The position numbers and the translations under genes are program-made. A stretch of 63,514 nucleotides of DNA, filler included, from Saprolegnia diclina VS20 (taxonomy: Eukaryota), in the NCBI RefSeq assembly GCF_000281045.1. It is 5 parts of 2 records of this genome, joined end to end, with 100 filler letters (N's around TTAATTAATTAA, not from the genome) between each part and the next. Parts side by side here need not be neighbours in the genome. Positions count along the whole stretch, not along the records: positions 18,641 to 35,013 come from NW_008246082.1; 4 more parts are not named here. One strand, given 5' to 3'. The notes beneath the pieces were generated by a model, which worked only from the letters and a program-made list of their open reading frames with translations, had not been told where the DNA came from and did no database searches. Below, in pieces: positions 20,524 to 31,585 of the stretch; position 1 is the first letter of the stretch, and each line of letters starts with the position of its first letter.

Positions 20524-23500
20524 TTACTCGTGCTTGAGCTTGGCGGCCATGCGCTTCTCGAGGTCGCGCGCGGCAAAGTGGCGGCCAAAGAGCTTGAGCA
20601 CTTCGTCAATGAGGATGACGGGCAGCGAAAAGGCGAGCACGACAAGCCACTCGTTCAGGTCGAGGGGCGTAACGCTAAAGATGGCCGCGAGCCAGTCGAC
20701 GTACAGGATGACAAAGTGCAAGCCAAACGACACGAGCATCGCAATGATGAGGTACGGGTTGGACCACGGCGGCATCGTCACGAGCGACCCGTCTTCCGAG
20801 AGCGCGTTGAGCGCGTTGAACATCTCGATCGCGACCAAGACCGAGAGCGACAGCGTCGACGCCTTGGCCTTCCCGACGGTAAAGTACGCGCACGGATCGG
20901 CCGAAAAGTCGTGCCCGTCAAAGTTGTTGACCGTGAAGTTGGACCACGTCGCGCACTTGCCCCAGTTGGTGAGCTGGTGGTACGTGATGAGCGAGTGGCC
21001 GTCGTTGGAGCCGTCGTAAAACATGTACCAGTAGCCAAACACGCCGACGCACGCAAAGCCAACGTAGATACCGACGACCATGTAGCGGAAGAAGACCCAG
21101 CCGTTGATGAGCACGTCGTTCGCGCGGCGCGGCGGCTTGGTCATAATGTCCTTATCGGCCGGGTTGAAGCCGAGCGCGGTCGCGGGCGGGCCGTCCGTGA
21201 CGAGGTTGACCCAGAGCAGCTGGACAGGGATGAGGCCTTCGGGCAAACCGAGCGCGGCCGTGAAGAAGATGGCCGCGACCTCGCCAATGTTGGACGAGAT
21301 GAGGTACCGGATGAACGCCTGCATGTTGTTGTAGATCGCCCGGCCTTCCTCGACGGCCGAGACGATCGTCGCAAAGTTGTCGTCGGCCAGCACCATGTCG
21401 GCCGCTTCCTTGGCGACTTCGGTGCCCGAGATACCCATGGCAATACCAATGTCGGCTTGCTTGAGCGCGGGCGCGTCGTTGACACCGTCGCCCGTCATGG
21501 CCGTCACCTCGCCGTTCTGCTTGAGCATCTTGACCAGCATCTGCTTGTGCTTGGGCTCCGTGCGCGAGAACGCCATGCCCGTATCTTCCTTGTTCATCAA
21601 AAGCGCCACCTGCTTCTCGGCCGGCAGCGCAAAGAACTCGGCGCCCGTAAACGACTTGGTCGACACGTCCTCGTCCGCCTCGAAAATGCCAATCTTGCGG
21701 CACACCGACTCGGCCGTGAGCTTGTTGTCGCCCGTGATCATAATGACGCGGATGCCAGCCGTGTTGCACATGGCAATCATCGGGCGGACCTCCGGGCGCG
21801 GCGGGTCGAGCATACCGGTAAGGCCGAGGAACGTCAGGCCCGATTCGATCGACGCAAAGTTGTCCGTCTGTTCGAGCGTCTTGTGGGCGGCGTGGTGGCG
21901 GTCGCCGTCGTACGAGGCAAGGTTCCCGAGGTTCGACGTCTTTTGCGCAACCGCGAGGCAGCGCAGACTCAACCCCGCCATCTCTGTCACCTTGGCCAGA
22001 ATCGCCTTCTTGCCCGTCTCTGTGAGCGCGACGGTCGTGCCGTTGCTGAGCTGAACGTGGGTGCAGCGGTGGAGGAGGCCTTCCGGCGCGCCCTTGACAA
22101 AGAGCACGTTCGCCTTGGTCGCGACCGACGCGCAGAGCACCGACATGGACTTGCGGTCGCGCGAGAACTCGAGCGTCGCAAGCTTCTTGAACTGGCGCTT
22201 CCAGAACGAGTTGCAGTACTGGACAGCCTTCGCCGGGTTGGTCTTGCGAAGGCCTTCAAACTCGGCTTGCGCCGCCGCGTCCGGCACGCCGGCCTTCTCG
22301 ACGAGCACGCGGAGCGCGGCTTCGGTCGGCTCGCCGACGCGGACGTACTTGCCCTCGTTGTACTCGATCTCCGACTCGTTGCACATGGCGCAGACGGTCG
22401 CGAGGCTAAAGACGGACTTTTCGCTGCGAACCTGCGTCGTGTGGATGGCACCGAGCGGCGCATACGTGTGGCCTTCGACCTCGTACGTGATGAGGTCGCC
22501 TTCGGTCGCGCCCGGGTGCGTAAAGCTAACGCACGACATTTCGTTGGTTGTGAGCGTGCCCGTCTTGTCCGAGCAAATGACGGTCGTGCAGCCGAGCGTC
22601 TCGACCGACGGCAGCTTGCGCACGATCGCGTTCTTCTTGGCCATCTTCTTGGTCCCGAGCGCAAGGCACGTGGTGATGACAGCAGGCAGACCTTCCGGGA
22701 TCGCGGCGACGGCGAGCGCGACGGCAATCTTGAAGTAGTAGATGCAGCCCTTGAAGACCGAGCCGTGCACGGGGTCGAAAAAGTTCTTGTAGTTGATCAG
22801 CCACACGACGAGGCAGATGACGCCAATGACCTTGGAGAGGAGCTCACCAAACTCGTCGAGCTTCTTCTTGAGCGGCGTCGACTCTTCGTCTTCGGCCGCA
22901 GCCTGCACGCTCTTCTGGATCTGGCCAATCTCGGTTTCCATGCCGACCTTGACGACGACGCCGTGGCCCATGCCGTTGACAATGACAGTCGTCGCAAAGA
23001 GCATGTTCTTCTTGGCTTGGATCACGTCTTCCGTGTTGGCCGGGAGCTCGTCAATGTCCTTGTTGACCGAGACACTCTCACCCGTCATTTGCGACTGCTC
23101 CGCGCGCATCGCCGTCGTCTTGAGCGAGATGAGGCGCATGTCGGCCGGCACCTTGTCGCCGACGCGGACTTCGACCACGTCGCCGGGCACGAGCTCGCGC
23201 GCCGCGATCGTCTGCATGTGGCCGTTGCGGAGCACGCGCGCGTTCTCCGGCTGCAAGTTCTTGAGCGCTTCAAGCGCCGACTCGGCGTTCGACTCTTGCC
23301 AGACGCCGACGACGGCGTTGAGCACCAAGATGACCAAGATGACAAACGGCTCGACGTACGCGCCGATCCCTTCGCCATGGTTGTCTTCGTCCATCCACGC
23401 CAGCACAAATGACACCATGGCTGCGGCGAGGAGGATCTTGACGAGCGCATCGTCAAACTGCTCGAGCACGAGCTGCCACAGCGGCGTCGCCTCTTCCTTG

Positions 23501-23690
23501 TCGAGCTCGTTCCAGCCATGCTCCTTGCGCGAGGCCTCGACCTGGGCATCATTCAGGCCCGCCTCTTCCGTGACCTTGTAATGCGATAGCACTTCGTCGA
23601 CCGTTTTCTACGCAGGTAGATGCATGAGCCTCTGCATGAACCTCCTGCATGGAGCATGTCATCGTCTACCAGGTCGAAGCGGACTGCCAT
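20524..23690 (-). CDS. SERCA: SERCA-type P2A calcium-transporting ATPase
   Basis: [23 protein letters not shown] phosphorylation motif, [47 protein letters not shown]. Short first exon MAVRFDL (ATG 23690) splices to [10 protein letters not shown]. Confidence 0.97.
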
Positions 23691-24234
23691 TGCGCCTTGT
23701 GCAATTCACGGTAAATATGCAAATCGCCAAACCGCCTCCGCCCCATGTCTCTGTGCCCGTATCTGATTGGCCAAAATGAAATCCATTTCTATCTGCACCC
23801 GCTTTCGATGGAAGAACATCCGGATAAAGTGGCCAGAAGGCCGCCGCCGATTGGTTCGACACGTGGCACCGCGGTAGCGTATCCGGACGCGCCCCACACC
23901 GCGATCTTGGAATGGTAAATAGTGTGCACCGTTGAATCGTGTGAAACGCAGCGGGCGACCGTGTCTTCCGGCAGCCGCGCCACGTCATGCTTACACTTCA
24001 ACCCATCTAAGACCGATAACCTCTATCCGTGCTCGTCTATTACGATACAGCGAGCTAGTACTGCCTGCTACGTCCCATGGCTTCCTGTGGCGTCGGCACA
24101 AGGCCGCGCGACACGCGTGTCCCTGGGGATCGCAACCTTGCATGCATGCAAGGCGCCTTGTCGTCACATCATGGAGGCTACTCCAGTAGGCTCATGTTTC
24201 TACAGTCTGTACAGTGTAGGACATTCTTTTCGCT

Positions 24235-24272
24235 CGAGAAATCCTTGGCCAAACGAGAAATCCTTGGCCAAA
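24235..24272. repeat. Perfect 19-bp tandem duplication
   Basis: CGAGAAATCCTTGGCCAAA x2. Confidence 0.9.
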
Positions 24273-24803
24273 GCCGGATCGCAAAAGTATCGAATCTTAC
24301 ACTATTGACGGGTGAAATTTCGAAGCCGCCGACGGAAATCGTGTAGGGTTGTCGGTCGGCTTCTCGAAAAGGCTGACCGCAATGTTGAAGTAGCCACATC
24401 CAAGACGGCCGGCTCGGTCCGCCCGACCAGCTTTGCCGACAGCGCGGAGAGCGCTGCGTCGACTGCTGCGGCGGCAGCTCGGCGCCACGGCTGCAGAGAC
24501 AGGCAGGTACTCGTGGCGTCGCGACAGTCCACTCCTCGTAGTACCCAGTGAAGGGGCACAGCAGGCAGTAACCAAGCCGTGGCACGTTCAGACGCACTGT
24601 CGCGCCCGGTCCCATCTCTGGCACAGGATGTGCCAGACGGGGCACCACCGTGTATTGGCACTCGGAGAGGATGGTCGAGATGGCAGCATGCTGCATGACT
24701 CGTAGAGGTCTTGTATGCCAACCATACTGCGTGTCCCGGATGTAGTGCAGGTAGTACGCAGGAAGTACGCGTTGCAAATAAGGTTCATTGACAGTGTGCA
24801 GAA

Positions 24804-25310
24804 TCATGTCTGGAACGGCTTGCTGGGCTGGCGCGGGTCCTTGCGCAAGTCGAACGAGCTCATGTGCTTCTTCTTTTCTTTCGCCAGCAGCACGGACGCG
24901 AGCGCGAGGAGGCCACACATGGCAGCCTACGTCTCCATGCATCCCATGCGACCTCGTGACGCCTTGGCAACGTACCTCAAAGGTGACGACGACAGTAAAG
25001 TCTTGGTTCGCTGCGGGCGGTATGCAGCGCTCGTACACCGTGGTGTTGGTCGTCTCGCTCTTGCAAAGCAGCTCTTGCTTGTAGCCCGTGCCTCGGCACC
25101 AGTTTTCGTTCTACGCAGCATGATGAGCCGCCCGTCATACACTGTATGCCCCAGCGTGCGACCTACCGCTTCCGACTTGGCGCAAGGGAGGCAGTCGCCG
25201 ACAGCGTGGCATTGGTCGCCGAGCTTCGAGCGCAGCTTCGGGTCGGCCGACGCGCAGAGCGCGAGGACGGCGAAAACGAGCGCGGCCAGCAGCGCCGTCG
25301 CCTTCATCAT
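24804..25310 (-). CDS. JTB (jumping translocation breakpoint)-like small type I membrane protein (3 exons)
   Basis: Signal peptide; C..VGDCLPC...WCRGTGYKQELLC...YERC six-Cys ectodomain; FE + TM helix (AAMCGLLALASVLL) + basic tail. This matches the JTB architecture. Confidence 0.7.
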
Positions 25311-25500
25311 CCTTGGTCGCTTGGGTCGCTTGGTCGTGGGATGGGACAGCGAAAAGCCAGCAGCCGGAAATGTTTTATTCGCGTTTTCTAACCAACAACT
25401 TGGCATACAATTAGCAAGATTAAAAGAAAAACTCTGTGTTTTAAACACTTGGATCATCCGGATATCCTGGCGTGTCCGCATACCGTGCCACTGTGCAAGG

Positions 25501-26589
25501 ATGTTTGCCGTGGACCTCGAGTTTGCTGCCGACAAGATCGAGCTCTGCCTCGACTTTGATGGCGCCGTCCTCGTCGATGATGACGACGTCAATGACGCAC
25601 CACATGACGTACCCTCGGGTAGCAACTTCGGTGACGACACGCTCGCACGCGCGATCGAGCGGCTCAAGCTCTTGGATGCGTCTTCTCTCGCGGCGCTGCT
25701 GCATCGCATGGTTCGCTGCCGCCTCGCCATCGCATGCGACTGCTCATGCAGCGATGACATCGTAGGACCAGCTGGAGACTGCCGTCTCAGCCTCGACGCG
25801 CCAGCTTGCCACGCAGGAGTCGGAGACGCGCCATCTTCGCCAGTTGTATCACAGTGCGATCCAAGAGAATGAGCGTTTGGCGCAGCAGCAAGCGCAGCCC
25901 GTAGTCATGGCGCAACCTACATCGGTACGAACCGCGCCCTTCTCACCTGCCATCGCATCTGTTCCCATTAGCTGCAGAGCTCGCTCCAAGAAGTGATGGA
26001 GATGGACCTCAAGGTGCATGCGCTGGCCAAGGAGAAGGACCAGCTCGTCTCGGAAAACCAAGTACGACGCAGCGACGCTTTCGAGCTCACTACAATGCAT
26101 AGGTATGCAGCGTGTGACGTCGCTCTGCGCGCAGTTCCAGCAAGAGGTCATGTGGAAGACACTCGATCTCTCGGACAATCAGCGCAGTCTCCAGCGACTC
26201 GAGTGGCAGCTCGCGTCCGAGAAGACCAAAGTCGACGACAAAACACAAGAGATTGCCGACATGCGGGCCAAGGTCGCCGCCCTCGAAGACCAAACCGCGA
26301 CGCTCCTCAAGCACAAGAAGGTGCTCATCACCGAAGTCAAGTCGCTGCAAAAGTATTCGCATGTCAATGTCACGGCGCTCGCCCAAGATGCACACGAAGC
26401 GCGCATGGTGCAAAAGAGTCTCGCCGAGAAGCTTGCGAGGTAGGCTATCCTGCAATCTTCGTCTTGGCTGCTACCTCGTAGCTATGTAGTGTGCAGCACG
26501 AGCGGGATGCGCTCCAGGCGTCGCTGCAAGCACTGCCATCGCCCGTCCATGCTAGTCTCGTTGCTGTGGACAAGGCTACCTTGCCATAG
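25501..26589 (+). CDS. Hypothetical coiled-coil protein, multi-exon, divergent from the JTB-like gene
   Basis: Codon-biased exons (MFAVDLEFAADKIEL..., MEMDLKVHALAKEKDQL..., LQRLEWQLASEKTKVDDKTQEIADMRAKV...) separated by GT-AG introns. Confidence 0.6.
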
Positions 26590-26970
26590 CACAATAATGG
26601 CGCAGTGTGCTGATCGACATGTACTATCCTCTTCCATGAGCAAACGGGCGTGGCCATGCGGTGCCATTACATCGGGCATGGCCCACGAGGAGGAAGTGCT
26701 CGCACCTATGGTCGTCATTCACGTCGCGTTGCGCAGCCGCTAGCGAGGCCTCTTGGCTGCATCGTCCGGGCGCTTCATCATGCACCGAGCCTGATGGGAT
26801 GGCTGCCGCTCCTCTCGCGACGCTTCCGGACCACAACCCTGAATGGTTTCGGCAAAATTATAATCCATGCGTAGAATCTTCTTACAAACATCAAGTTATA
26901 AAATAAAAAAGAGCACGGCACGGCCCCACAAGGTACTTGTTCTCACAGTCCGGTTAAGGAGAAATCGACG

Positions 26971-29900
26971 ATGTTCCAGCGCCTCCGCCATGCCGTCGGG
27001 TGGGGCTCTTCCTCGGGCATCGGGATGCACATGGCGAGCGGCCAGTCGAGGGTTGACTTCCAGGTGCATGCGCCATTAGGCCATGGCGAGTCCCTCTACG
27101 TGGTCGGCGACGCGTCCGCGCTCGGGACGGCGCTGCCAGCGCACGTCGACATGAGCGCCGTCCAGAGCCCCAAGCATGGCACGACGAGCGTACCGCCGTC
27201 GCCGCAGCACCCGACCCAGATCATGCACTTCAACGAAGCCCACTACACGTACGCGCGGCGCGACGATGCGACGAGCGGTGTCGTACCCGGGTCCTTTGTC
27301 GGGAGCTGCCGCCTCGTCACGACGCCCGAGATGTACCCGCTCTGGTACAACGCCGATCCCGTCGTCATGAGCTCCAACACCGTGCTCAACTATCGGTACG
27401 CGATCTGCGCCGGCGGCAAGTTTGTGCGCTACGAGACGATCGAGCGGTCGGCGACCATGATGGGCGACTCGATGCAAATCCAAGACGTGCTCGACCAAAG
27501 CCGCGAGGATCTGTACGCAAAGGGCCAGATGCAGCAGTTCGAGAAGGAGCTGTCGCACACGGTCGTGCCCCGTTTGAGCAGCGGCCAAGCATTTGTCGAT
27601 CGCCGCGCAACCGCTGCCATGACCGACGACGTCTCTCGCCGTGGCATCAAGCGCGGCAGCACGCGTCTCCTCAAAGAGTCGTTTTCGATTCCCGAAGGCG
27701 AAGAGCGCGAGAACGACGACGAGATGGGCATGGCGCAGCCAGCGCTCTTGCCACCGGCGTCGCCCTTGCCGTGGCACGACCCGGACGCTAGCACGAATGT
27801 TGGCGGCGTTGGGCTCGGCCTCCGACGCCGCTCGGGCGGCTACAACGCGTGCTCGTCGCCCATCACCAAGGTCAGCAGCAAGGACGACAGCGCGGGCTTG
27901 CCCCTCTCGCCACAGAACCTCACGATCGAATCGACGGACGGCGTCATCATCGTCGTGCACCGTCTTCCGGTGCTCGTGACGCGCCGACCCGACGGCGAGT
28001 ACGACATTGACTGGGAAGACGACAACCTCCTCTGCCCGTCCGGTCTCATCAAAGAAAACAAGAGCAACGGGCTCCTCTACCGGGACGGCACGTCGTCGGC
28101 GATGCGGCTCACGTGGGTTGGCCTCGTGCACTGCAAGGACCCGATCCCCAAGGCGGACGAAGAGAAGCTCGCGCGGCAGCTCCAAGCCTTCCACTGTGTG
28201 CCCGTCTTCTTGGCGCCGGCCATGCACCAGACGTTCCACGCGTTTTGCTACGGGACGCTGTGGCCCATCTTTCACAACATTGTCGACGTGTACGGGAAGC
28301 TCCCGACCCGGTGGTGGAACCCGTCGCAGCAGAAGAACGCGTGGAGCTCGTACATGCACGTGAACCGCATGTTTGTCAACAAGGTGATTGAGATCTACAA
28401 CGAAGGCGACCTCGTCTGGGTCCACGGGCTCCATTTGCTGGTCGCGCCGTCGTTCCTCGCGCGCCGACTGCCGTATGTGAACGTCGGACTCTTCTTGCAC
28501 ACGCCGTTCCCGTCGTCGGAGATTTTCCGGACGCTCTCGGTGCGGGCCGACCTCCTCCGTGGCATGCTCAGCGCCGACCACATTGGTACGCTCTTGTCTT
28601 GATAGATTTATACGAGTTTGGGAAATGTAGGGTTTCACTTGTACGAGCACGCGCGTCACTTTCTCACGAGCTGCCGGCGCATCCTCGGGCTCAAGTACAC
28701 GGCGCAGGCCGGCGGGTACATTGGCGTCGAGTACAATGGCCGCATGGTGGCGGTCACGATCAGCCACATTGGCATCGAGCCGCCGTTTGTCGAGCGGCTG
28801 AGTGTCAAGGACCAGGTCTTGGACGAGACGCGCCGCCTCAAGGAGCTCTACCGCGCGGGCGAGAAGACGATCATCGTGGGCATTGACCAAGTCGAGCGCC
28901 TCAAGGGCATCAACCTCAAGTTTATCGCGATCGAGCAGTTTCTCAAGACGTACCCCGCGTACCGCAACAAGATCCAAGTCGTCCAGGTCTCTCCTTTGAA
29001 TCCGAGATTGAGAAGTTGTCATGCGCGTGTAGATTGGCATTGTCGACGGTTCGGACACGTCCGAGGCCAAGCTGCGCCTGCGCCAAGAGCTCCGCGCCAC
29101 GGTCCAGCGCATCAACGCGGCCTTTCCGCAGGAGCGCGAGCCCGTGATTGCGTACTCGGAGCTCAACAACACGGACTTGTCGATTCGCCTTCCGCTATGG
29201 AACCTCGGCGACATTATGGTACGTGTTTGCGCAATTTTGCCGTCTTTTTGCCTGTTTTTCCGGCTTTTTCGTTTTCTTCATAACCTTTTATGTCCCTAGC
29301 TCTTGACGACGGTCCGCGACGCCGTGAGCTTGTACCCGTTTGAGTTTGTGTACGCGCACAAGCTCTCGAACGACCCGGGCGTCGTCGTCGTCTCGGAGTT
29401 TTCCGGCAGCAGCCGCGTGCTCACGGGCAGCCTCGGCGTCAACCCGTGGAAGCGCAACGAGATTGTCGAGGCACTGTACGCGGCCGTGACCATGTCGCCG
29501 GCTGAGAAAGCTGCGCGGCACTTGCACGATTTCGAGTACGTGGCGTTCAACACTCGCACGAAGTGGGCCGAGCGCATCCTCGTCGACCTCAAGCGCACGA
29601 GCAAGGCGAGCTCGACCGTCGGCATGCAGTACATGGGCTACGGCCTCGGGCTTGGCTACCGCATGCTCGAGTTCAACGCGGGCTTCAAGCTCCTCGAGAC
29701 GGACACGGTCGTCCGGGCGTACCGCCACAGCTTTCGCCGCGTCCTACTGTTTGACTATGGCAACACGCTCCAGCAAGAGGCGACGCCGGCCCACGACTTT
29801 TCCAAGTACATTCAAGAAGACGAGAACGGTGCGATCACGAGCCAGGCGCAGCACGACGCACTGCCGCCGTCGAACGAGCTCCTCTCGGCGCTCGGGAAGC

Positions 29901-30995
29901 TCTGCGCCGACCCACGCAACACGGTGTTTGTGCTCAGTGGCCGCGAGCGCCAAGATCTGGAGAAGACTCTGGGCGGCGTCAAGTGCCTCGGCTTGGCGGC
30001 CGAGCACGGATACCTCTACCGGTGGGGCGACAGCGGCAAGGAAGACGACGCGTGGCTGTGCACCAAGGAGAACTTTGACGACTCGTGGAAGGACATTACC
30101 CACTCGGTGATGGACATTTACACGCAGGTACCATGAGTGCTCTCTTGTCCAACCCGTATGGACGATGTTTGTCCATGTAGCGCACGCACGGCACGTACAT
30201 TGAGCTGAAAGGGAGCGCGCTTTTGTGGCAGTTTCGCGACGCCGACCCCGAGTTTGGCCAGTTGCAGGCCAAGGAGCTCCACGACCAGCTGCAGCAAGTG
30301 CTCGAGACGTACCAAGTCGAAGTGCTCACGGGCACCGATTACCTCGTACGGATTGTGTGCGGGATGTGGAGATTGAAGTCGCGACTAGGAGGTGCGCCCC
30401 GAAGGCGTCGACAAGGGCGTCATGGTCGACCGGATCCTCTCGACGCTCGAGAGCCAGCAAGGCTCGCCGGTCGACTTTTGTTTGTGCATTGGCGACGACC
30501 AGTCGGACGAGTTTATGTTTTCGTATCTCGAAGAACGGCACCTGCCCAAGACGTTTACGGTCACGGTCGGGAAGAAGCCGAGCGCGGCCAAGCACTTCCT
30601 CAACGACGTTGACCAAGTCATGGAGGTGCTCAACGCGCTCACCAAGGTCTCGACGACCTCGAACCGCAACCTCTCGATGAACGACTTGCGGCTTATGGAG
30701 CAGCGCCCGCAGCCGTTCCCGCTGCCTCGGTACGTGTCGTTTGTGATTCAGTTTTGTGTGCTAAGGACGCGGGCGTAGCGTCGACCGACCGTCGCTGGAG
30801 GAGACCGTGGCGACGCCGCCGAGTTCGCTCAAGACGGCCAAGTACTCGATGTCGATGAGCGCGCTCTCGTCGGTCGCTGCCGAGCCGGCCTTGGGGCTGC
30901 GCCGCGTCGCGTCGACGTCGGCCACGTCGTACGAGCAGTACTTTAGCAACATTGACGAAGAAGACGACGACGACGGCGGCGGCATCTTCTTTTAA
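26971..30995 (+). CDS. TPS: CBM20-like domain + trehalose-6-phosphate synthase (GT20) + trehalose-phosphatase (HAD) fusion, multi-exon
   Basis: N-terminal V.FQVHA.LGHGESLYVVGD..ALG...YPLW (CBM20-like); VHRLPV, WVG, LWPIFH, WVH..HL, GLFLHTPFPSSEIFR, ADHIGFH, SEFSG, VNPW; TPP part FDYGNTL, LSGR, AAEHG, EVRPEGVDKG, IGDDQSDE. Confidence 0.9.
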
Positions 30996-31585
30996 ACGCA
31001 AATTTTAGGTCCAGATATGTGTACAAGTTGTCTGTTGTGTCTTGACAACCAACTACACACTAGTAGAAGCCCAACAGTAGACGTCATTGGCGTCGGAAGG
31101 AAGATATCAGGTAACCTGATATCGAGGTGACAGAAATTAGTCAAACAAGAAGTTGGGTCTTGCTAGCCAAAGTACATCCAATCAATTGAGTCGATGTACG
31201 CTTGTGTTAGCGGTGAGCCTTGATGGAGTCGACTCAGCGACCAGTAGACTGACTAGACGACTAAACGACGCAGCCGAGGGACAAACATCTAGTCAACTGT
31301 AGACCCTGGAGATGAACAGAGCGACAACACACCACGACCAGGTGTTGTGCTCTCTACGAGCGTGTAGGAAAAATCCGGAGTCTACAGATTCCGGGGGTCT
31401 AGGCGCCGAGGCAGGAAGAACCTTCTGCGGTCAGCTGCTCTGCTCTAGTCCCGAGTGACCAACTGCAGTGATCATGGTGGCTTTTATGCCCGGCTGTTGT
31501 TGGACGCAGAGACAACCCAGGAGCAAGACCGTCATTCCGTTCCAAGCGACACATTGCGCTCTTGGTCATTTGCCCATTGTCAACG

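Noticed and set aside
20530..23412. 960-aa plus-strand ORF and similar long antisense ORFs (1536-3206, 12993-14300, 15282-16961, 27076-29214, 59772-61346)
   Set aside because: Antisense shadows of GC3-rich real genes; R/V/A-rich with no motifs.
31033..31402. TGTTG...CAACA pair and hairpin + CTAG suggesting another solo LTR or a Helitron end
   Set aside because: No matching TSD and no A|T target context; hairpins are short.
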